A DNA stretch of 64,000 bases from Candidatus Poribacteria bacterium (GTDB lineage: Bacteria > Poribacteria > WGA-4E > PCPOR2b). Below, in pieces: positions 9,048 to 19,630 of the stretch. The stretch covers positions 512,001 to 576,000 of the forward strand of contig OZ242351.1 of the NCBI GenBank assembly GCA_965208675.1, given 5' to 3'. The position numbers and the translations under genes are program-made. Below the pieces are notes generated by a model. It was not told the DNA's origin. It saw only the letters and a program-made list of their open reading frames with translations, and did no database searches. Numbering within the stretch: position 1 is the stretch's first letter; each line of letters begins with the position of its first letter.

Positions 9048-12000
9048 ATGATGTACCAAGTCCACATGATTTTGGGGTTCATGACATTCCTGTTCGTCGC
9101 AATCGGTTTTACGCACGGCTCAGAACAGATGCAACCCGAATTTTTTGACGCTGAAGGGTTGGGAGCAACCAGCCAACTCATTAGTGACCGCGTTCTATCA
9201 CTAGCCGTCGATTCACGCTATGTGTGGGTTGGAACAGATCGGGGATTGAGTCGGTACGATAAACGGAGCGACCAGTGGGACAATTTTACCGTTAAAGACG
9301 GCTTGGCGCATAATACCGTGGTTTCCATCGCTCTAGACAGCGATTTGGCCTGGATTGGTACACGCGATGGTGTGAGTTGTTTTGACGTGCATACAAATAC
9401 CTGGACGCGCTACATGCCGCGTGACGGCTTGGCAGGGCGAGACATCTCCTGCATCGCTGTGGATTCGAGATTCATCTGGTTTGGCACACCAAACGGACTG
9501 TCGCGCTACGACAAAGAGACGAATAGTTGGGCGCAGAAACGCGAAAAGGACGGACTCGCGGGTGACGCGGTGACACGCATTACCATTGATGAAGACTACA
9601 TCTGGATTGGTACGCGGAATGGGATCTCCAGATACGACAAACTCACCGATTCGTGGAACAACTACGACACAAATAGCGGTCTCGTTGACAACAGTGTGGC
9701 AGCTATAGCCGCAGACGGGGATTTTGTGTGGTTCGGTACGGAAGAAAAAGGCCTCAGCCTCTATGACCGGCGGAATTCAGATTTCGTCAGGACGTATACC
9801 AAAAAAGATCAGCTGGCGAGCGATCACATTAGGGCATTAGCAGCCGATGGGACATCTCTGTGGTTAGGAACCGCCGATCGCGGTGTACAGCGATATATCT
9901 TATCTGTGAACACATGGCAGCAATACACGGTTTTAAATCCTGAAAAAACGGAAAATACGGCGCCAACTGGGTTAATTTCCAATCACATAACGGCGATCGC
10001 ACCTGACGGTAATGTGGTGTGGTTCGGCACACACGAACATGGATTGGCACGGCATGACTTGCGCCGCGGAACGTGGAAATTTTACGGCGAAGTAAAAGCG
10101 TTGAGCGATAACGATGTTAAAGATGTGGCTGTAACGGACGAATCGGTTTGGGTAGCGACGCGATTTGGATTGAATCAGGCATCGTATCGGGACGTTGCGG
10201 AGTTTTCGACTGAATGTAATTGGCGAACATTTCGTAAGGCGGACGGCTTGGCGGATAACTATATCACTTGCGTCTTGCAAGTGGAAGAGGACGTTTGGGT
10301 CGGTACGCCGAGTGGTTTGGGGTTGCGGCGTGGAGACGAGGGCGAGTGGATGTTTTTTTCGACGAAAGATGGACTTCCGCATGACTTCGTGACCTGCCTG
10401 GCGTGGCAACCGACGATCAGAGAATCCGAAAAGCGGGAATCACTGGAAGAAACGCGAAAACAAAAGGGGACGGAGGACGAAGACATTCAAACTCGTTATG
10501 ATTCGCGTCTATGGATTGGGACAAAAGCCGGAATTTCGACATACGAACCGCAAAGCCGCCAATGGAATACGTATCCGCCGCCATTGCAAATTTCAGGTCG
10601 CGTTAACGACATTGTATTCGACGGTGATTTCGTCTGGATCGCTACGGAGTATGGACTTGTTTATTATGATGGGGCCGCAGGTGAATCAGGAAAACTGACC
10701 GTAAAGGACGGTTTGCCTGCAGACATGATTAACACGGCTGCTATAGGCAATCGGTCTATATGGGTTGGCACGCAATCGGGCTTATCACAACTGAGCAAAT
10801 CATCATTTAAAACCCGTTCACCCTCGTCCGCCACGCACATACCGCGTTCAAACGTAAGGGCGGTTGCCGTTGATGGCAGGGACGTCTGGATTGGAACTCC
10901 GTCTGGTTTGTATTGCATTGCCGGCGATGCATTTACACATTACACACGCGAGAGCACCGATGGCGGGCTTGTTAGCGATAATGTAAAAGCTATTGAGATA
11001 GACGGCGGCAAAGTTTGGGTCGGTACCACTGCGGGCTTTAGTGTCTTGGATAAGCATGGAAAGAAGTGGTCGAAACATTCCGCGGCGGCAACCACAGAAG
11101 TGCTGCGATCGAATTGGGTAAGCAAGCTCGCCGAGGATGGAACTGATATTTGGTTCGGCAATTGGAATGACTCTGCAGATGGCGCCATTGTAAAGTACGA
11201 TAGACGAACAGATACTTTTCGATTCTTCGACAAAGATGACCTACCATTGAAACCCACCGGCCGACCGATTACGCACATACACGCACTAACTGCAGGCGAA
11301 AATGGGGTTTGGGCCGGCACTAACGGAGGGTTGTTACGCTACGACAAAACGAAGGATTCATGGCGTCATTACACCGTGTATGACGGTCTACCGAACAATG
11401 AAGTCTGGAGTATCGTCTTCGATTTGCCCTACGTATGGACAGCACATATTGGCGGCGTGGTTAGTCGATATTCGATCGCAATGGATGAATGGACGACTTT
11501 CGAAATTTCGCCAAGCGAAACATGGAGCGGAATCGGTTCCATTGCTGTTGACCCGCAATATGTCTGGGTCACGACGATGTGGGATGGGCTCAAGCGATAC
11601 GAAAAATCAACAGGTACATGGACAAATGTCACGGAGGTACACGGTTTGGGTGATAACGAAGCGAACGATCTGCTTGTTGACGGCGAGCATGTCTGGGTCA
11701 CCGGTTGGGGGGATGCCAGCCGATACAATCGGCGAACCGGGGAATGGAATGTCTTCAGCCGGTGGCGCGTGCTCTCCGGTCCGAACATTTACCTCAGTAG
11801 AGGTCTGGACGGAGTTTGGCTTGCATACCCGTGGCTAAGTTGGGGCGATGCAATCGCCTCAAAATATCACAATAAATCCGGATCATGGACAACATTGAAC
11901 GTACCGGAAATTGAAAGGGGCTATTTTGGACGTACAATGCAGGTCGTGGAATCCATTGACAGTGTTTGGTTCGCGGTGGAATGGCTGGGATTGGCTCGAT

Positions 12001-13187
12001 ATAATAAAGGCTCAAACGACTGGACATTCTTCGATGAAAAAAACGGTCTTGCAAGCGGCGAGCTCCATGAGCACTCCATAGTCGTCGACGAAAACTATGT
12101 CTGGGTGGGAACGGCTGGTGGATTGGGTCGGTATGACATTGAGAGAGAGGTCTGGACGACTTTCACGCAGTCGCCGTTAACGCCGATAGGGCGTGCTCGA
12201 AAAGTGTACGCAATTGCGGCTGAAGCGCGTTTTGTGTGGGTGGGAACTCCCAACGGTCTGCATCGATATGACAAAGATACAGACCGATGGTACTCCCCGC
12301 GTCCGAGGGGAAAAGACGGTAACATGCTAGATAATCCAAGCGTCGGTAGTATCGCGATGGACGAAAAATATGTTTGGCTAGGTACTAACGAAGGTGTCTT
12401 GCGATATGATAAAGCCGGAGACTACTGGGAAGTGTACACAGATGAAAACGGCCTTCCGTCCAACGCTGTCCGAGATGTGGCAGTCAGAAGCTACGAAGTG
12501 TGGATTGCGACGGATCATGGTGTCGCGGTATTCAACCGACTGTCTGACGATCCAAATACCTGGGAGTCGCACACGCAGGAGTTGGAAATCAAAGCGATGC
12601 AAGATGTCAAAAGGTACGCGGAGTCGCTCCTGAGCAATGATGTACGGTGTGTCGGAGTCGGCGATAGGTCTATCTGGTTCGGTACGGACAAAGGGCCGTG
12701 CCGTTACGATAGAGAGAAAAAGACATGGATGTCCTTCTTCAAGAGTGTCGCATCTTCGTCGCAAATTGCTGGTTTTTCAGAATCGCCCGCCCATCACGCA
12801 GCGAAGATTGCTGACATCAGCGTCATCGCCGTTGATGAAGATTATGTCTGGATCGGTACCAGTAAAGGCGCAGCAAAGTATCATCTAGTATCCGGGGATT
12901 TCGACACTTTCACCCAATCGGACGGTTTGGCGAGTAATCTAGTTACGTGTATTGCTCTCAACCACGAGGAAATATGGTTCGGATCAGCGAACGCGGGAGT
13001 CACACGACTGAATAAAGTGTCAGGCAAATGGCGCGTCTTTAACGCAACTGATGGTCTGCTCCACGATCGAGTCGAAGCCATTGCGTTTGATGGGGATCAG
13101 CGGTGGTTCGGCACAGAGCTTGGACTGTGTCGGTACGATCCAAAAACCGAAACATGGACAAGTTATGCGGAGGATTTCAATCCTTGA
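9048..13187 (+). CDS. Giant multi-beta-propeller exported protein, paralog 2
   Basis: 29 propeller repeats colinear with paralog 1. Hydrophobic signal peptide (ILGFMTFLFVAIGFTHG). Confidence 0.85.
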   Translation: MMYQVHMILGFMTFLFVAIGFTHGSEQMQPEFFDAEGLGATSQLISDRVLSLAVDSRYVWVGTDRGLSRYDKRSDQWDNFTVKDGLAHNTVVSIALDSDLAWIGTRDGVSCFDVHTNTWTRYMPRDGLAGRDISCIAVDSRFIWFGTPNGLSRYDKETNSWAQKREKDGLAGDAVTRITIDEDYIWIGTRNGISRYDKLTDSWNNYDTNSGLVDNSVAAIAADGDFVWFGTEEKGLSLYDRRNSDFVRTYTKKDQLASDHIRALAADGTSLWLGTADRGVQRYILSVNTWQQYTVLNPEKTENTAPTGLISNHITAIAPDGNVVWFGTHEHGLARHDLRRGTWKFYGEVKALSDNDVKDVAVTDESVWVATRFGLNQASYRDVAEFSTECNWRTFRKADGLADNYITCVLQVEEDVWVGTPSGLGLRRGDEGEWMFFSTKDGLPHDFVTCLAWQPTIRESEKRESLEETRKQKGTEDEDIQTRYDSRLWIGTKAGISTYEPQSRQWNTYPPPLQISGRVNDIVFDGDFVWIATEYGLVYYDGAAGESGKLTVKDGLPADMINTAAIGNRSIWVGTQSGLSQLSKSSFKTRSPSSATHIPRSNVRAVAVDGRDVWIGTPSGLYCIAGDAFTHYTRESTDGGLVSDNVKAIEIDGGKVWVGTTAGFSVLDKHGKKWSKHSAAATTEVLRSNWVSKLAEDGTDIWFGNWNDSADGAIVKYDRRTDTFRFFDKDDLPLKPTGRPITHIHALTAGENGVWAGTNGGLLRYDKTKDSWRHYTVYDGLPNNEVWSIVFDLPYVWTAHIGGVVSRYSIAMDEWTTFEISPSETWSGIGSIAVDPQYVWVTTMWDGLKRYEKSTGTWTNVTEVHGLGDNEANDLLVDGEHVWVTGWGDASRYNRRTGEWNVFSRWRVLSGPNIYLSRGLDGVWLAYPWLSWGDAIASKYHNKSGSWTTLNVPEIERGYFGRTMQVVESIDSVWFAVEWLGLARYNKGSNDWTFFDEKNGLASGELHEHSIVVDENYVWVGTAGGLGRYDIEREVWTTFTQSPLTPIGRARKVYAIAAEARFVWVGTPNGLHRYDKDTDRWYSPRPRGKDGNMLDNPSVGSIAMDEKYVWLGTNEGVLRYDKAGDYWEVYTDENGLPSNAVRDVAVRSYEVWIATDHGVAVFNRLSDDPNTWESHTQELEIKAMQDVKRYAESLLSNDVRCVGVGDRSIWFGTDKGPCRYDREKKTWMSFFKSVASSSQIAGFSESPAHHAAKIADISVIAVDEDYVWIGTSKGAAKYHLVSGDFDTFTQSDGLASNLVTCIALNHEEIWFGSANAGVTRLNKVSGKWRVFNATDGLLHDRVEAIAFDGDQRWFGTELGLCRYDPKTETWTSYAEDFNP

Positions 13188-13220
13188 CGGTCCAAGGATT
13201 TCCTGCAGAGAAATGACAAG

Positions 13221-16200
13221 ATGAAGAAACAGGTGAAATGCACAATACAAATTTTGCTCTACTTATTGCTAATCTCCCTGATCGGGAGCGGTTTGGCTCA
13301 TCTTAACTCAGAGGACGATAAAGTGAAAGTTCTGGAGGAATCAACACTTTCCCAAACGGCATCAGGAAAAACGTTGGTGAGCGATAACATCCGCTGCGTT
13401 TCAACTTCTTCCGACCACGTTTGGGTAGGAACAGACCGAGGTGTCAGCGTCTACAATAAGGCGGATAGCCGTTGGACGAAGTTAGATTGGGAAGACGGTT
13501 TAGTCTCAGATGATGTCACCGCGTTGTCCGCCGATCGAGAGATTCTCTGGGTAGGTACAACTCTGGGTATCAGCCTTTACAACATTGAGAATGGCGGTTT
13601 CACGAATTTTCAACGGCGCGACGGTTTAGCAAGCAACAAAGTCACCGCAATCGCTGTGGACGGAAATTACATCTGGGTCGGTACGGAGTCCGGTATTTCG
13701 CGTTATGATAGGACAACGGGTACATGGGCATTACATCGGGAGAAAGACAAAGATCGGTTTAACTCCATTACCGTAATTGCAGTGGAATCGGAGTATGTTT
13801 GGTTTGGTACAGAAGATGGGCTACGGCGATACGATAAATCTAAGGACGCATGGAACGCTTACACGAAAGAGGACGGGCTGGTGGAAAACCATATCCGTTG
13901 TATTGCATTAAGCCCTGATGCTGTTTGGGTGGGTACAGAGAAATCGGGTGTGAGCAAATACAGTGTAGCCAACCAATCCTTCACCGAAAGCCATACCCGA
14001 ACGGATTTGTTGGAAAGCGATTTCATCAGGGCGATTGCAGTTGACGGCGACAATGTCTGGTTTGGTTCCGCAGACCGCGGAATTCGACGGTTTATTTCAA
14101 CGGTGAATACTTGGTTTAATTACACGGCTGGCAAAGGTTTAGTTAGCGATCACATTTCTTGGCTGCATGTTGATGGCGACCATATTTGGATCGGCAGCTA
14201 CGAGTTCGGTTTGGGTCAATTCGATAAAACGAACGATGGCTGGACATGGTATACAAAGCGAGATTCGCTGGTGTCCAATCAGATCAAATCCGTCGTTTCA
14301 ACTGAGAAGGCACTCTGGATTGGTACGAATAAAGGCCTGAATCGCTATGCACCTCAAAAAAAGTCGTGGAAGACGTTCACCAAGGCAGATGGTCTAGTGA
14401 CAAATTATATTACGCATTTGTCGGTAGGTGTGGATAACAGCACGATATGGGTCGGGACGCCATTGGGATTAGGGACGCTAGTTGGAAAACAGTGGAGATT
14501 CTATACGGAACGACATGGACTGGCAAATGACTACGTTACCGGTATCAGCGCGGTTCCCGGAAAGGTTTGGGTTGCGACCAAGGGTGGAGTGACTTCTTTT
14601 TCCGTAACCGCAACCCTGGAAACTGGGATTGAACAAACCAGCGCATCAACGATTAGGCAAGACTCACCGCGCGTTACATCCCGCGTCACACTTCATGATT
14701 CACAATCGTATCTTACTAGCAAGTGGGTAACCGCCGTCCTGGCAATTGGGGAAGAAGTGTGGGCGGGTACAACAGATGGGCTGTACCGGATAAACGATGA
14801 GACAGGCGAATTTGAGCCCGTTCTGAAAGTTAGTAATTATGTTAACGCACTTGCCTCTAGTGGTGATAAGCAATTGCTGGTTGGCACCCGAAACGGGTTG
14901 TGGATCATAGGGAACGAAAGGTCATCACAAATCACAGAAGGATTGCCGAACTTGAATGTCAGGTCCGTCGCGGTAGACAACGGGACCATCTGGGTAGGAA
15001 CGCCGGGCGGTGTTGCGCGTCTGAATAACGGGAGCGTTAATCAGGTTATTACAATGCAGGCTGGCGGCTTACTTCACGATAATGTACAGAGCATTGCTGC
15101 CGCGGATCGGCAGGTATTTTTCGGTACCGTCGCCGGTCTCGCTATCTATAACGTAGAGAACAGTCAGTGGGAACAATATAAACCGTATTACGATACAAAA
15201 ATTCTTAAAGAGGAACAAATCGGGTGGATTGAGTTGGATGGACACCGCCTGTGGGCGCTCAATTGGTCGTCTTCTCCAAATGGCGCAATTTTTAAATTCG
15301 ATCGGCGCACTGAGACGTGGATCGAATACACGAAAAGCGCACTGCCACTCTCTTCGAAAGTCCCGGTTATCACCGAAATTCACCGTCTGGCGGTAGGAGA
15401 AGAAGATGTCTGGTTTGCCGCTGGTGACGGTGGCGTACTGCGTTACAATAAAGCATCGGATACATGGACCCACATCACTATGTCCACTGGGTTACCGGGA
15501 CACCACGCTACCCTAATCGAGATAGATGGACAAAATGGCGTTTGGGTTTCTTTCCAAGGCGGAGTAGCAGGGCAGTATGATACACGAACGCAAAAATGGG
15601 AGACTGTGAAGGTGGCAGAAGCTGGTGCCGGAACGCGCGTTGAGGATATCGCTTGCACTAACGATTACGTCTGGTTTGCAACAAATAGCGCAGGGATTAG
15701 AAGATATGAACAATCTACGCAAACATGGAATTCGTACACGGAAGCGCAAGGTATGGCGTCGCGGTTTACTCATTGGATCGACGCGGATGGCGAAGGTGTG
15801 TGGACTAGCGGTGGTACTTCTTGGTCATGGGTCAGTGACCGAGGTGTGCGAGGGGTGAGTTTCTATCGTCCAATAGAAAACAGTTGGACGTTTTTTGACT
15901 GGAGAAACGGTTTGCGTGCAGAAGCGACCGGCTACGGACAGGTTGGCGAAAATTATGTTTGGTGTTTTGGATGGGAAGGAATCAACAGATACCATAAAAA
16001 AAGCAAATCTTGGACTTCCTTCAATTCCAGCGATGGTTTGCTAGTCCGTAATGTCCGTGCGGTCGCAATAGACAGTGACGGTTTCTGGGTAGGTTCGGAT
16101 GAAAGGGGTATTTGGAAGTACGCGCAAGCCTCTGGGGCATGGACAGTGTTCACCGTTGAGGACGGTTTAATTGATGGCAGCGTCCAACCATACGCGCTCA

Positions 16201-17303
16201 AAGTAGATCCGGAACATGTGTGGGTTGGAACGTCACAAGGTTTGAGCCGATACGATAAAAGGAGGAGGACATGGATTTCGTTCACCAAACCGACTACATT
16301 GGCAGACCGGCGAGCCGTCTCAGTTGCTGCTGATAGCCAATTCGCATGGGTCGGCACACACCGCGGCTTGAGTCGATACGACAAAATGTACGACAGATGG
16401 AGACATTTTAGGACTGAAAACGAAGAAAACGAGGATAATGGAGACGATGAGCGCGAGGAAAGTAGGGAAGAAAAAAGGAACGAACTGGTAGACAACAGCG
16501 TCGTAGATCTTTCTGTCGGTGTGCGGTACGTTTGGATCGCGACTGAAGGCGGGGTCGGCCGGTACGATAAAATCGCTAATCGGTTTGAATCGTACACCAA
16601 CGAGAATCAACTGCCGAGCGTCGATATCCGGGCAGTTGCAGAGAATAAAAGCGATGTGTGGATTGGGACGAAAAACGGCATTAGCAAGCACAGTATTCTA
16701 TCGGAAGATCGGAATGCCTGGGAAACATATAATGCTGCGATTGAAATCTTGCCAACAGTGAAGGGTAAGTACGCTAGGAGCTTGGAAAATGATGATGTGC
16801 GATGCCTTGCAATCGATGACATTCGAGTTTGGGTCGGAACCAAAACAGGCGTCTCACTCTATGAAATCGAAAAAGGGACGTGGAACACCTTTACTCAAAA
16901 GGATGGGTTGGCTAGTGATGAGGTAAGTTGTATTACACTTGACGGGGGGCGCGTATGGTTCGGGAGCGGGCGCGGTGTGACAGTTTATGATACGGAAAAT
17001 GATACCTGGAAGGTTCTTACAGAAGCGGATGGCTTGGGTTCGAATCTAATCACGTCTATCGCAATCCACCGGAGCCAAATCTGGTTTGGTACATTCGATA
17101 GTGGAACCACTGTGTTAGACAAAATCACCGGAAAATTCACGACCTTCACTAGAGCTGATGGACTTCCTCATAACGGCATCCTGTCGATTGCAGTAGACGG
17201 TAACTATCTCTGGTTCGGCACGCACGGCGGATTGACCCGATTTGATTCTGTAGCTAGGACGTGGACAGTCTATACTGAGCGATTTGACTATGATGGGTTG
17301 TAG
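13221..17303 (+). CDS. Giant multi-beta-propeller exported protein, paralog 3
   Basis: 29 propeller repeats. Sec signal MKKQVK...LLISLIGSGLA. Confidence 0.85.
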   Translation: MKKQVKCTIQILLYLLLISLIGSGLAHLNSEDDKVKVLEESTLSQTASGKTLVSDNIRCVSTSSDHVWVGTDRGVSVYNKADSRWTKLDWEDGLVSDDVTALSADREILWVGTTLGISLYNIENGGFTNFQRRDGLASNKVTAIAVDGNYIWVGTESGISRYDRTTGTWALHREKDKDRFNSITVIAVESEYVWFGTEDGLRRYDKSKDAWNAYTKEDGLVENHIRCIALSPDAVWVGTEKSGVSKYSVANQSFTESHTRTDLLESDFIRAIAVDGDNVWFGSADRGIRRFISTVNTWFNYTAGKGLVSDHISWLHVDGDHIWIGSYEFGLGQFDKTNDGWTWYTKRDSLVSNQIKSVVSTEKALWIGTNKGLNRYAPQKKSWKTFTKADGLVTNYITHLSVGVDNSTIWVGTPLGLGTLVGKQWRFYTERHGLANDYVTGISAVPGKVWVATKGGVTSFSVTATLETGIEQTSASTIRQDSPRVTSRVTLHDSQSYLTSKWVTAVLAIGEEVWAGTTDGLYRINDETGEFEPVLKVSNYVNALASSGDKQLLVGTRNGLWIIGNERSSQITEGLPNLNVRSVAVDNGTIWVGTPGGVARLNNGSVNQVITMQAGGLLHDNVQSIAAADRQVFFGTVAGLAIYNVENSQWEQYKPYYDTKILKEEQIGWIELDGHRLWALNWSSSPNGAIFKFDRRTETWIEYTKSALPLSSKVPVITEIHRLAVGEEDVWFAAGDGGVLRYNKASDTWTHITMSTGLPGHHATLIEIDGQNGVWVSFQGGVAGQYDTRTQKWETVKVAEAGAGTRVEDIACTNDYVWFATNSAGIRRYEQSTQTWNSYTEAQGMASRFTHWIDADGEGVWTSGGTSWSWVSDRGVRGVSFYRPIENSWTFFDWRNGLRAEATGYGQVGENYVWCFGWEGINRYHKKSKSWTSFNSSDGLLVRNVRAVAIDSDGFWVGSDERGIWKYAQASGAWTVFTVEDGLIDGSVQPYALKVDPEHVWVGTSQGLSRYDKRRRTWISFTKPTTLADRRAVSVAADSQFAWVGTHRGLSRYDKMYDRWRHFRTENEENEDNGDDEREESREEKRNELVDNSVVDLSVGVRYVWIATEGGVGRYDKIANRFESYTNENQLPSVDIRAVAENKSDVWIGTKNGISKHSILSEDRNAWETYNAAIEILPTVKGKYARSLENDDVRCLAIDDIRVWVGTKTGVSLYEIEKGTWNTFTQKDGLASDEVSCITLDGGRVWFGSGRGVTVYDTENDTWKVLTEADGLGSNLITSIAIHRSQIWFGTFDSGTTVLDKITGKFTTFTRADGLPHNGILSIAVDGNYLWFGTHGGLTRFDSVARTWTVYTERFDYDGL

Positions 17304-17340
17304 AGCTTGATACACAATACACATTGAGGAAGTTGAGCAG

Positions 17341-19308
17341 ATGAGGATATGGAATTTAAATGTGAAAATTTCAAAGTTTATCTTATACAGCATAGTGTTG
17401 TTTTTACTGATTGGGACTCCTGTCTACCGGGCGGCAGCGGAAGATGTGTACAGTCTATTCGGCAAGCTCTTCCTTTCAGGACGCGTAGAATATGATTTCA
17501 CGAATAAACGAGACTTTATTGCGGACACAGAAGAGGATGCCGTTCGGCAAAACGAGTTTGATTTTGACCGCGTGTTTCGCCGCGGCTTCCACAGTGTCAT
17601 GATTATTGAGGAAACGGCTGGCAACGTCAAGAACATCTTGAGTTTGGGAGAAGTGCCTACCACCTTTACGAAATTCACTTTTGATCAGATTGACCTCTCG
17701 GGTGTACGATGGGATGTCCGGTCAGAGCGTACCGATTGGACGATATTGATGGTACCCGGGTTGCTCAACCCGGTAATTGGCCAAGAAAATGTTCATGGAT
17801 CGGGGATTGGCATACGCGAAGTAACGAAATTCGGGAAGTCTAAGTTTGGAGCTTCTTGGTACTTCCGCGATACGCCTGTATGGGCTTTGGATTTAGAGAC
17901 TAACTTTGCAAATTACGGTTTGAAGGCGGAATTTGCGACGACCCCGAAAGGTGCGTTGAGAAAAAACTTCAGTTCTCGTTTTGATGCGACGACGACGGTG
18001 TTTAAGGCGTTCCGAACCGTTGGTGACACAATCTTCCAGGGGGAGGCCTTTCGCGTCGGACCGCAATTCGATGCCTCGCGTTCTGTCGGGGATAACGACG
18101 ATCAGGACCGTTATAGCGATAACACAACGTTAGATCCGCCCTCATTGATTATTCCGGGCGATTTGGACAAGAATAACAACGGTACGTTCGATTACGAGGA
18201 TGATATTCTACTATTTGACGTTGATGAAGATTTTCTTGATGAAAGGGATCGAAATAACAACGGAATACGAGACGCGGAAGAGAACGACAAAGATCCCAAT
18301 TACGAATTTGATGCTGGACTGCGAGGGATGCGTATGTTCATGAAACGCAAGACAACGCGCGGCAATACCTCCACTGACCTCGAAATTGGAATGCAATTTG
18401 AAAAAGACCTCATGGAAAGGACATTTCAACGCCGTTCAACGGCAACAAAGGCGTTCACCAATCTCATCTACAAAAAAGAACTCTCTCAGAATTCTGATTT
18501 GGTCCTTGAGAACGAACTGAAGTGGGTGAGAGACCACATCCCAGATGAGACCTAGTATTTTGCCGGATTCTTGAGCGAGACAGAAGGGCAACTCTATCGG
18601 GCTAATCCCAATGTGCAGAAATCTGAGGCGGAAGGCGGGTTGGCGTTTTTTAATGTAGATGGCGGCGTTGAGGTAGAGAAGCGGCGAATAGATCCACTCT
18701 TGATGCAGGACGATGCAATAAATACAGCCAAGGTCACTTGGGAATATTCGGGTATTAAGCACATGGTAACGACAGGGCGCGTCAAACTGCGATATAATCT
18801 GGATTTCAACCTTGAAAACGAGCATTACGAGGTCGGCATTCTAAAAACAAACTACCGAATGCGGCCATCCAAATCGCTTGAGATTACGCCGATGTTCAAA
18901 TATACGGTTCGCAACGGTTTCCAGATGGCGGAAGACCGTTTGGAACATCTCTCATTACAGGGGACAATTGATGGTGAAGAGATTTCACGCAATGTTCGAC
19001 TTAATGTAATTGAATCAGCAGATGTACGTGACATGGCGACAGCCTTTATTTTGAAAACCGTTTATCAGTTCACAAAGACTATTAAGATCACGGGCGGCGG
19101 GCAGGTGTTGCTCTTTAATGATATGCTTAAAGATGCGAACGATTTTGTTCGCCAGGCTATTCTAGCCGAGATGGAAAAGAGCTTTGTAGCTTACGAAAAG
19201 GAACTGTTTTTGCACATAGGTGCCAAATACATCGATCAACGCGCCAACGCGGACTTGAACGACGATAATTACATGGAGACATTCGTGCGTGTGTTCGGGA
19301 AGTTCTAG
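17341..19308 (+). pseudogene. Probable outer-membrane beta-barrel with Asp-rich Ca-binding-like insert, split by in-frame TAG at 18553-18555 (655 aa if joined)
   Basis: ORFs 17341-18555 and 18571-19308 share a frame (PDET*YFAGFLSETE). Signal peptide ending AAA-E, alternating amphipathic strands, DxNNNG motifs, C-terminal FVRVFGKF. Confidence 0.7.
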
Positions 19309-19525
19309 GTTGTGTGGGCGTTTCAGTTTCTATAGTCAACTCAATTATTAATTTCACATTCGAGTCGCAAATCAGATTCGTGTGTGCCGTTACAAGGATA
19401 TCAAATCTGTCTATAGGCGAACTCTGTCAATGTCTGTGTTTCTTTGTGCTTACCGCAAATTGTTATACTGAGACAATCTCAATCTCTGTAAGTATGAATG
19501 TAGTTGACTTTACTTGTAATACCAC

Positions 19526-19565
19526 AAAAAAACGCAATGCAGAAGATGAACTTCTGCATTGCGTT
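19526..19565 (-). terminator. Rho-independent terminator of groEL
   Basis: Perfect 15-bp inverted repeat AACGCAATGCAGAAG-N5-CTTCTGCATTGCGTT followed by a U-tract on the minus strand. Confidence 0.85.
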
Positions 19566-19630
19566 AGCATTTTGCTTTAAAATTAGTGTCCTTATCGTAT
19601 GTTACGGAAGTGTCTCATTCCACGCACTTA

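Noticed and set aside
15953-16600. 215-aa antisense ORF (also 25613-26125, 39918-40469, 45870-46403 and others)
   Set aside because: Shadow ORFs opposite well-supported genes, with no motifs or RBS.
3157-17303. Hybrid two-component sensor kinases or a DNA-level repeat/CRISPR array
   Set aside because: No Y_Y_Y, TM, kinase or receiver domains. The repetition is at the protein level with divergent DNA and no repeat-spacer pattern.
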